Source: a bacterium (GTDB lineage Bacteria; Desulfobacterota; Deferrisomatia; Deferrisomatales; BM512). Taken from it: a stretch of 64,000 nucleotides of DNA. The stretch is from positions 71,817-135,816 of the forward strand of contig SCTA01000005.1 of assembly GCA_004322275.1 (NCBI GenBank). The letters are read 5' to 3'. Shown here piece by piece: positions 43,918 to 54,439 of the stretch. The notes under the pieces were generated by a model. It did no database searches. It was not told the origin of the DNA and was given only the letters and a program-made list of their open reading frames with translations. How positions within the stretch are numbered: the stretch's first letter is position 1; every line of letters starts with the position of its first letter. The translations under genes were made by a program, and so were the position numbers.

Positions 43918-43965
43918 GGATGGACTCGGATTTGAAGGGTGTTTCAAGTCCTCGGGGCTTCGCCC
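43918..43965. repeat. 48-bp direct repeat, copy 2
   Basis: See copy 1. This copy lies on the other side of tRNA-Arg(TCG). Confidence 0.85.
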
Positions 43966-43998
43966 ACGGTCTTTCAACCCGGCTTTTTAGCAGGTTCT

Positions 43999-47196
<3,198 letters not shown>

Positions 47197-47298
47197 GTCA
47201 CCTCTGTGAAAAATCAGGTTATCCCCCGGAGCCGCTCCGGGCGTTCGTCTTAGCGTCTCGGTGAATATGGATATTATAAGCCGCCGGGGGCCGGCCGC

Positions 47299-47652
47299 CT
47301 AGCCCTGCTCCGAATCAAGCTGGGAGATTATCTCGGGGATGAGCCCTGTCGCCGTCAGGGTGACGAGGTCGGTTTTTACCGTGGCGTCGCCGAGAATAAT
47401 GAGAACGGCCCCCTTCCTTATGCCGAGGCATACGAGCACGTATTCCTCGAAAGAAACCGTAACGGTCTCAAGACCCTCGAAAAGCTTGTCGGGTATGTTG
47501 TAGATGCGGCCGACGACCCTTCCGACCTGTTCCATGAGGAAAGGATCGAACTCCTCGGGCATGTTGGAGTAGGCGATATTCCTGCCGCCCAGGTGGATCA
47601 TGGCTCCTGCCACACCCGGAACGAATTTTATCTCCTGCAATATCTCGTTCAT
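47299..47652 (-). CDS. Roadblock/LC7 domain protein (MglB-like fold)
   Basis: 117 aa. The length and pattern (IKFVPGVAGAMIH..G.......EEYVLVCLGI.KGAVLIILGD) are typical of Robl_LC7. Confidence 0.7.
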   Translation of the reverse strand: MNEILQEIKFVPGVAGAMIHLGGRNIAYSNMPEEFDPFLMEQVGRVVGRIYNIPDKLFEGLETVTVSFEEYVLVCLGIRKGAVLIILGDATVKTDLVTLTATGLIPEIISQLDSEQG

Positions 47653-47667
47653 TCTGGCGTGCCCGGC

Positions 47668-48702
47668 TCAGGCGACCCTGGCGCTTTGTACCGAATGGGA
47701 TAGCATGTTGATCACCTGTGTCGTGGAAACGGTGGCGAAGGTCTGCAGGCCGACTACTATCTGCTGTCCGAAGAGTATAATCAGTTTTTCGCCGGATTTG
47801 TTATTGATAACGATGTGGGTGGGGCCGGTCCAGTCCATAAGGGTGCGGACGCGCTCGAACTCCATCGACATATACGCTAAAAGAGCCCCCAGGTGGTCTC
47901 CGCTCTGCTTCTGGGCGAGCAGGGTGCCGTCGCGGAGAATTACCGCCATCTCGCGGAGCCCCTCGACGGAGAGAATCAGGGACAAAAGCTCGCCGGGCAG
48001 CTGGAACTGAAGCTTTTTCGCGGGAGTCTGCTCTTCTGCGGAGTCCTTGAGGCGGCAGCTTTCCATTATGAGGGCGTCCACCGGCTCTTTTATGGCGCGT
48101 CTTCTGGCGCTGTAGAGCTTTCGGACCTCGATGTTGGCTTTCTCCTGCCAGCACAGGACCGCCAGAGCCGCTTCACGCCCGCGCAGCGACCCGAAAAAGG
48201 CGTCGATCAACTGCCCCTGGAGGAAAAAAAGCGTTCCGATTCTCCCCCGGGAACGCACGGTGAGCGAACAGGTCTTCTGGTCGGAGGTTATTATCTGAAG
48301 AAAGTAGCCTATGTGCGCGCCTGCGGCGTAGGCCTTCGCCTCTTTCCCGGTGATGGAGATGGCCGCGTCGAGGATTTTTTTCGGCTCGGCGGGTTTCCGG
48401 GCGAGCCATATGCCCTTGAGTCCGGCAAGGTTGGGAGCCGCGTCCTTTTTCGCCAGCACGAGGAAGGGGGCGTCCGGCCTCGCCTCACGGAGAAGAGAGA
48501 GCCAGCCGGGGGCCTCCGCGTCGGAGACGCTGAGGTCTGCGAGCACCAGATCGACCGGCGTGGTGGACAGAACGTGCGCGGCCTCTTCGCCGGAGTAAGC
48601 GATACGCAGGCCGAATTGATCCGCGTCCGTGCGGGACCGAAGTTCCAGAAGGAGCGATTCTTCCAGAGCATTTTCCGAAGTTACGAGCATGATGGTGTTC
48701 AT
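47668..48702 (-). CDS. Receiver-like domain / DUF4388 (PATAN-like) / roadblock-like C-terminal domain protein
   Basis: 344 aa. It has an N-terminal REC-like segment (VDLVLADLSVSD), a central DUF4388-like segment (FLQIITSDQKTCSLTVRSRGRIGTLFFLQGQLIDA...REAALAVLCW) and a C-terminal roadblock-like segment (GLREMAVILRDGTLLAQ). Confidence 0.65.
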   Translation of the reverse strand: MNTIMLVTSENALEESLLLELRSRTDADQFGLRIAYSGEEAAHVLSTTPVDLVLADLSVSDAEAPGWLSLLREARPDAPFLVLAKKDAAPNLAGLKGIWLARKPAEPKKILDAAISITGKEAKAYAAGAHIGYFLQIITSDQKTCSLTVRSRGRIGTLFFLQGQLIDAFFGSLRGREAALAVLCWQEKANIEVRKLYSARRRAIKEPVDALIMESCRLKDSAEEQTPAKKLQFQLPGELLSLILSVEGLREMAVILRDGTLLAQKQSGDHLGALLAYMSMEFERVRTLMDWTGPTHIVINNKSGEKLIILFGQQIVVGLQTFATVSTTQVINMLSHSVQSARVA

Positions 48703-49094
48703 GTCGCTCCCGAAAGAACAAGAGTAACGTGAGATGAATATCGAATTTTAAAAGGAAACCGCAACTATCTGCAATTCTACCTGCTCAAAAAAGCAAACTC
48801 AACGCAAAGCTGCGAAATAGGCGAAATTTTTAAGTTTTTCACCCCGCCCACTTATCGGCAATCCTGCCCGCGAGCTACAGCATTTCCCGAATCATAAAAT
48901 CAGCGGCAGTCGCCTTAGCCGGAAAGTCCGCTAAAAATGTCGCTGGCTTTTCAAAAGCCTTCTAGTGTTTTCCGGAAATAATCGGTTAATATGAAACCGC
49001 CGGTTTTCAGGCTGACTTCGTGTTTCCGGGGCATCCTCCGCTCCTTTAAATTATATTGAAGCACCTCCGCTCCATCCCAATATCCGGGACTGAT

Positions 49095-51218
49095 ATGATG
49101 CAAAAAAAGAAAAAATTCACTCTTCTTTTTGCCCTGATCATTCTGGCGTTGAGCAGCACGGCCCGCTCCCTTGAAGGCGTAAGCTGGGTATTGCCGCCCC
49201 CGAACAGCCTCGTCCCGGAAAAAACCCTTACAATACAGGGGTACGTAAAGGCTCCCCTGAAAGAGGGCGACGAACTCGTCGTAAAGCACCTCGCCAAGGG
49301 GGGCTCGTCCAGGTTCCCGGTGAGCCTTACGATGGAAGGCCGCGTCTTTTCGGCGAAAATAGAGGTCAAAGAGGGGCAAAACGACGTACTCCTCGGCAAC
49401 TCGGTGCTCTCCGTCCTCTTTGCCCCCGATTCAAAGGCGAACAGGGAGGGCAAATTCACAAGGTTCAAAGCCCACGCCGCCGCCGAGAAAAAATGCGACT
49501 CCTGCCACTCTCTCTGGGAGGGGGAGATAGTAATAAACGAAGAGTTCCCCAAACTCTGCATCGGCTGCCACAAGAAGCTGGGCACGGTCGCCAGGGATAT
49601 CGCGGTAAAGAGCAACGAACACACCAAAAAGGTGACGCAGTTCTGCATCGGCTGCCATCTTCCCCACGGTTCCGAGAATCCGAAGCTGCTTAAATGGGAT
49701 GAACTCAAGACCTGTTCCCGCTGCCACGAAAAGCGCGGGGGCGGCGCCGGGCATGAAATCGCGGGGGGGCAGTCCTGCGCTTTCTGCCACGATTCCCACC
49801 TCTCCAGTTTTCCCTCGCTCCTCAAAAAAAGCTCTCCCCAGACTCTTTGCATCGAATGCCACAAAGACCGGGCGAAGCGCCTTCCGGGAATGAAATCGGC
49901 CCACGCTCCGGCGATGGGAGGGAAGTGTTTCGAGTGCCACCTCTCCCACAAGGGCAAGGAGCAAAAGCTTCTTAAAGAAGCTTCGGCGTCCCTGTGCATC
50001 CGGTGCCACGACAAGGCCAGGGTAAAGCTGCATGAGGAACGCCTTGGGGATTGCTCCTCCTGCCACCTCTCTCATCAGTCGGAGCGGGACAAGCTGGTGA
50101 GGAACGAGACCGCGAAGGCTTGCGTTGACTGCCATCAGGAAAAAGCCGGGAGTCAGGGCCATTTCAAAGGCGCTTCGGGGGACTGCATCACCTGCCACGA
50201 TCCCCACAAGTCCACCGCCGAACTCACGGCGCAGATTTGCGGCAAGTGCCATAATTCGACCCTCTCCGAGTTCCAGAATACCCACGGAAATCTGCCGATA
50301 AAGTCCGCGTCGCAGTGCGTTCTTTGCCACAACCCCCATCTGGGAGAGGGCAATCCGGGGAAATTTTACGGGGCGCTGCATTACCCGGTGAGAAACGGCG
50401 GCTGCGGGGTCTGCCACGTTGTCGAAGATGGAAAGGTGGGGCTCCGCTACGCCAAGAGCGAAACCTGTTACCGTTGCCACGGCGACACCGTGGGCACGGC
50501 CACCGCCGCGGGCAAGGATACCGTCCACAGCCCGGTCGCCAACGACGCCTGCACCGCCTGCCACAACCCTCACATCAAGCAAAGGGACAAGATGCTGCTC
50601 ATCGATCCCAAAGACCTTTGCAAGTGGTGCCACGGCGAGGAGCGGGAATCCAAGAAATTCCTTCACGGGGCGCTTAAGGACAAGGATTGCAGGGCCTGCC
50701 ACCTTCCGCACATCAGCGACGCCAAGCCCCTCCTCCCCGAAAAGCAGCCCGAGATATGCATCTCGTGCCACAAAAAGACCTTCAAGACCCCGCCCGCCCA
50801 AGACAAGCTCGCGCACGGCATAGTAAAGACCGGAAAGTGCAGCGCCTGCCACGACCCGCACAGCGAGGACAACAAGGGGCTCATCAGGGGCGGCGCGGAC
50901 GCGGCCTGCAAAAACTGCCACCCGAAGGTGCTGCTGGACGAGTACGGCAAGCAGTGGACCAATTACCACGGCCCTATCGCCTCGGGAAGCTGCACCGCCT
51001 GCCACGAGCTTCGCCACAGCCACAAAAAGGGAACCGGGGACAAGTTCCTGACGGCGGAGCAGCCGGACAGGGTCTGCGACCAGTGCCACGAGGTGGCGCC
51101 GAAACACATACCCCCGGATTACCTCGTAAGAGAGAGGGTCAGGCCGGACAGTTGCCTTGCTTGTCATAATCCGCATGGGGCCAGAAACAGCCTGATGCTG
51201 AAGAGGATGGCCTATTAG
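49095..51218 (+). CDS. Multihaem c-type cytochrome, 24 CxxCH motifs
   Basis: The ORF starts at 49056; I chose the ATG at 49095 (MMQKKKKFTLLFALIILALSSTARSLEG, a signal peptide). I counted 24 CxxCH motifs, from CDSCH to CLACH. About 110 N-terminal residues carry no haem motif. Confidence 0.9.
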   Translation: MMQKKKKFTLLFALIILALSSTARSLEGVSWVLPPPNSLVPEKTLTIQGYVKAPLKEGDELVVKHLAKGGSSRFPVSLTMEGRVFSAKIEVKEGQNDVLLGNSVLSVLFAPDSKANREGKFTRFKAHAAAEKKCDSCHSLWEGEIVINEEFPKLCIGCHKKLGTVARDIAVKSNEHTKKVTQFCIGCHLPHGSENPKLLKWDELKTCSRCHEKRGGGAGHEIAGGQSCAFCHDSHLSSFPSLLKKSSPQTLCIECHKDRAKRLPGMKSAHAPAMGGKCFECHLSHKGKEQKLLKEASASLCIRCHDKARVKLHEERLGDCSSCHLSHQSERDKLVRNETAKACVDCHQEKAGSQGHFKGASGDCITCHDPHKSTAELTAQICGKCHNSTLSEFQNTHGNLPIKSASQCVLCHNPHLGEGNPGKFYGALHYPVRNGGCGVCHVVEDGKVGLRYAKSETCYRCHGDTVGTATAAGKDTVHSPVANDACTACHNPHIKQRDKMLLIDPKDLCKWCHGEERESKKFLHGALKDKDCRACHLPHISDAKPLLPEKQPEICISCHKKTFKTPPAQDKLAHGIVKTGKCSACHDPHSEDNKGLIRGGADAACKNCHPKVLLDEYGKQWTNYHGPIASGSCTACHELRHSHKKGTGDKFLTAEQPDRVCDQCHEVAPKHIPPDYLVRERVRPDSCLACHNPHGARNSLMLKRMAY

Positions 51219-51224
51219 CCGATG

Positions 51225-51405
51225 CGGGTTTCCGCCCCCGGCTTCGTCATGTCCTCTCTCAAGGGCTCGCCGTAGCGATGCTACTGCCTCGCCCTCTCGT
51301 TGCGGGATTCCTCGCCGGGAACGAAAAACCGCATCGGCAAAGGCCTCACGCATTAGCTTTGGCGGAGGCACCCGCTACGGACTCCTCGCCCGGCGGCAAA
51401 ATCCT
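51225..51405. repeat. GC-rich hairpin repeat (GGCTCGCCGTAGCG.TGCTACTGCCTCGCCC family plus CTCCTCGCCCGGCGGCAAAATCC tail)
   Basis: The core at 51262-51295 matches 13121-13154. The tail CTCCTCGCCCGGCGGCAAAATCC (51383-51405) is identical to 53348-53370. Confidence 0.75.
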
Positions 51406-51407
51406 TA

Positions 51408-52721
51408 TTATCGGACTCCTCCGTTCCCAGCCAGCGCGCAGAGCATCGCCCCCCTGTAGGTGGCCTGGATTATCAGTCCGGCTCCCCGTTTTCCGGCGAA
51501 GCTGGTGAGAAGGTATCTTCGGGCGGCTTTGGCGAAATCGAAATCGCCGTGAAGCGTTCTCGCCGAGCCCTCGACGGTCAGTAGCGCCTTTATCAGCAGC
51601 GCGTACTTGTGGGGAAAGGCGACCCTGTTCCTCCTTACCGCCCCCAGTATCCCCCTTCCGATTACCCGCAGGTCCGCGTCCTTCAGCTTTCCAGTCATGG
51701 CGCTTTCCATCGCCCGGCGGATATCCTCCGCGAAGGCGGCCTCCCTCTCCCTGTCAACCCTGACGCCGAGTTTTTTCAAGTGGCGAAGCGCCAGCGGCGC
51801 GTCCTCGGCCAGAAGCCCGGCCAGAGTGCCGAAGATGGCGTGGCGTTCTTCCTCCGAAAGCTCTCCGTTTATCCCGAAGTCGAGATAGGTTATCTCCCCG
51901 CTTTCGGAGACCAGAAGGTTGGCGGGGTGGAGGTCGGCGTGAAAGAGGCCGTGGTCCAGAACCTGCCGGAGGAAAAACTCCGCGCCCTGCTCGGCCAGTT
52001 CGGGGTAGCCTTCCTCCCGCCGGAGGGAGGGGTCGGAGATCTTTTTGCCGGGGATGTACTCGGCCGTGAGGATTTTTTCGGTGGTGTGGCTCCAGAAAAT
52101 TCTGGGAATGCGCGGGGAGAGAGGTGTTTTGAAATTCCGGGCGAAGCGCTCCGAGACCTCCGCCTCCCTGCGGAAATCAACCTCCGCCTCCGCGCTTTTT
52201 TGAATCTCAAGGGCGAAGGCGGGCAGATCGATATGTTTTTTGAAGAGCCCTGTCCGGTGCAGCAGGTTGGCCATACCGGCAAGCAGGCGGGCGTCGCCGA
52301 GGAGGAGGGTTTTAGCCTCGGGGCGGAGTACTTTTACCGCCACCTCTTCGCCGGTGTGAAGTCTCGCCCGGTGGACCTGACTCACCGAAGCGGAGGCCAG
52401 CGGCAGGGGCTCGAAGCTTGCGAAAAGCTCCGGCAGCGGGGCGGCAAGCTCCCTCTCGACGACGGAGCGCACCACGGAGAACTCCATCGGAGCGGCGCTG
52501 TCCTGAAGCTTTTCCATGACCGAGGCGAAAGCGGGGCCGACGAGGTCTTCGCGGATGGAAAAAAACTGGCCGAGCTTTACGAAAGCCGGTCCCAGCTTTT
52601 CAAAGGCGTTTCTTATTCCCTCGTAAAAAGGCAAGGGAGAGGAGTTCGCGAGCGAGACGAGGGAAGGATAGAAGGTGTGGCGAAAGAGCGAAAAGGAGAT
52701 TTCGAGCGCCCTTAAAACCAC
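51408..52721 (-). CDS. ubiB: ABC1/UbiB-family atypical kinase
   Basis: 437 aa. ASASVSQVHRARLHTGEEVAVKVLRP and HADLHPANLLV are typical ABC1/UbiB blocks. Confidence 0.85.
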   Translation of the reverse strand: MVLRALEISFSLFRHTFYPSLVSLANSSPLPFYEGIRNAFEKLGPAFVKLGQFFSIREDLVGPAFASVMEKLQDSAAPMEFSVVRSVVERELAAPLPELFASFEPLPLASASVSQVHRARLHTGEEVAVKVLRPEAKTLLLGDARLLAGMANLLHRTGLFKKHIDLPAFALEIQKSAEAEVDFRREAEVSERFARNFKTPLSPRIPRIFWSHTTEKILTAEYIPGKKISDPSLRREEGYPELAEQGAEFFLRQVLDHGLFHADLHPANLLVSESGEITYLDFGINGELSEEERHAIFGTLAGLLAEDAPLALRHLKKLGVRVDREREAAFAEDIRRAMESAMTGKLKDADLRVIGRGILGAVRRNRVAFPHKYALLIKALLTVEGSARTLHGDFDFAKAARRYLLTSFAGKRGAGLIIQATYRGAMLCALAGNGGVR

Positions 52722-52729
52722 GGCGGAGC

Positions 52730-53068
52730 TCAGATCTTCTCTTTGAGCCGCGAGAGCTGGTCTTCCAGAGCGCGGAGCCTTTCCTTTACCTGACGAAGCT
52801 CTTCGCCCTGCGCCGAAAGGTCATCCCCGTGAAGGAAGCCGAGGTGGCGAAACTCGCACACCAGCGCTTCGGAGAAGATTCCCTTCAGGTATTCCTTTTC
52901 CCTGTCCACCGAAAGGAGAAAGTTCTGGTATTCCTTCCGCGCCTCGCCGGGGGTCTCGTTGGCGCGCCGGACCGCGTCCTTCAGCCACTCGTCGGCCTTT
53001 TCGTGAAGGAGCAGCCAGGCGGCGAAGAAGCTGTGCGGGCCGCCCGCAATATTGTCATTGTCCGCCAT
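52730..53068 (-). CDS. Small coiled-coil protein (UbiK/BMFP-like or phasin-like)
   Basis: 112 aa. The C-terminal segment FRHLGFLHGDDLSAQGEELRQVKERLRALEDQLSRLKE resembles the ..L.L.sREEf..q...l...rekl..LE.r...LE pattern of UbiK/YqiC and PF05597 phasins. It is adjacent to ubiB. Confidence 0.4.
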   Translation of the reverse strand: MADNDNIAGGPHSFFAAWLLLHEKADEWLKDAVRRANETPGEARKEYQNFLLSVDREKEYLKGIFSEALVCEFRHLGFLHGDDLSAQGEELRQVKERLRALEDQLSRLKEKI

Positions 53069-53254
53069 TTTTCCTCCGAATAATGGAAAGATAAATAAAT
53101 TTAAAAAAAATCACTCCTTGGAGTGAAGAAACACGGTTATAAATAAAATATATTAAACCCGTGGCCAGCCAAAGGGCCATTATTCTCCGGGGGATCGGGG
53201 CACAGGACTGTGGTTCCGGACTGAAGGGGGCTCTTGCCGAAAGGGGAGAGCCCC

Positions 53255-53371
53255 CGGCGGCTTCGTCTTTTGCCGCAGGGCTTCGTCGCTACTCGGGAGC
53301 GCTCCTCGCCGTATGAACGATACTGTCTTCGTCGCGCTCCCTGCGGGCTCCTCGCCCGGCGGCAAAATCCT
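53255..53371. repeat. GC-rich hairpin repeat, related to 51225-51405
   Basis: The outer stem is CCGCAGGG/CCCTGCGG, and it shares the tail GGCTCCTCGCCCGGCGGCAAAATCC. Confidence 0.7.
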
Positions 53372-53434
53372 TTACCGTAAGGAAAAACGCAGGGGCGAGT
53401 TTTCGACGTTTTTTGACAGCCTTTCCGGAATTAT

Positions 53435-54439
53435 TTAGCCCTCGAAGTGTTCAAATCCCCTCAGGGGCGGCTCGATCTCGACCCCGGCACCGGACAGGAG
53501 CCGGACCCTTCCCTTCTTCGCGCTTTCCTCCACTTCCCCGATGAGCGTTACCGCCGTACCCGTATTTTCACCGGTTTTTTTGATTTTCGCCCGGTTTTCT
53601 TTAGGGGCGGTGAAGAGAAGCTCGTAATCCTCGCCGCCGCCGAGGGCGAGAGCGAAGGGGTCTTTGCCGGTGAGGCGTTTCACCTCAAGAAGTTCCGGAG
53701 TGAGCGGGACGGAGGGCTTGTCGATGCGGATGACCGCGTTGCTGCGCTCGGCCAGATGGGAGGCGTCGATAAAAACCCCGTCGGAGACGTCGATCATCGA
53801 GTTCGCCAGACCCTCGGAGGCGAGACCGAGGGAGAGAGAAAGCCTCGGCTCCGGGCGAAGGTGTCTTTCAATCAGCTTTTTCGCCGGGCCGGCATGGGCA
53901 ATCCCCTTTTCAAGGCAGTAAAAACCTCCGGCGCTCTCCCCCGTGGCCCCGCTTAGCCAGAGATCGTCGCCCGGTTTCGCCCCGGAGCGAAGGAAGGCTT
54001 TGCCGGAGTCCACCGAGCCGAAGGCGGTCACGGAGATGAACACCTTGCCGGAGGAGGAGGTGTCTCCGCCCGCAAGGGCGCAGGAGTATTTTTCAGAACA
54101 TTCCCGGAGCCCCGCGTAAAACTCCTCGGCGAAGGAGAGGGGCAAATCCCCCGGCAGGGCAAGGCTTATGGTGCAGGCGAGAGGGGCGGCTCCCATCGAA
54201 GCGAGGTCGCTTATGCTTGCCGCCAGCGCTTTGTAGCCGAGGTCGCGGGGCGGCGTAGTGGAAAGGCGAAAATGAACCTCCTCGACGAGAAGGTCGGTGG
54301 TGACCGCTATCTGCCCTTTGGGAGCCGGGAAGAGGGCGCAGTCATCGCCCGGCCCCAGCCACCCTTCCCCGGAGAGGGGTTTGAAAAGCCCCAGAGCTTC
54401 AAGGAGACCGAACTCTCCGAGGGAAGAGATGGTTTTCAC
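53435..54439 (-). CDS. thiL: Thiamine-monophosphate kinase
   Basis: The ORF extends to 54637, but the upstream part overlaps lon in another frame. The GTG at 54439 overlaps the lon TGA stop (GTGA). The sequence has GEFGLLEAL, GDDCALF and the AIR-synthase-like fold. Confidence 0.85.
   Translation of the reverse strand: MKTISSLGEFGLLEALGLFKPLSGEGWLGPGDDCALFPAPKGQIAVTTDLLVEEVHFRLSTTPPRDLGYKALAASISDLASMGAAPLACTISLALPGDLPLSFAEEFYAGLRECSEKYSCALAGGDTSSSGKVFISVTAFGSVDSGKAFLRSGAKPGDDLWLSGATGESAGGFYCLEKGIAHAGPAKKLIERHLRPEPRLSLSLGLASEGLANSMIDVSDGVFIDASHLAERSNAVIRIDKPSVPLTPELLEVKRLTGKDPFALALGGGEDYELLFTAPKENRAKIKKTGENTGTAVTLIGEVEESAKKGRVRLLSGAGVEIEPPLRGFEHFEG

Noticed and set aside
48944-48959. Sigma-54-like spacing TGGCTTTTCAAAAGC (GG-N10-GC) upstream of the cytochrome gene.
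   Set aside because: Only the GG and GC dinucleotides match. The -12 element is AAGC rather than TTGC, and no enhancer-binding protein gene is adjacent. The match is too weak to call.
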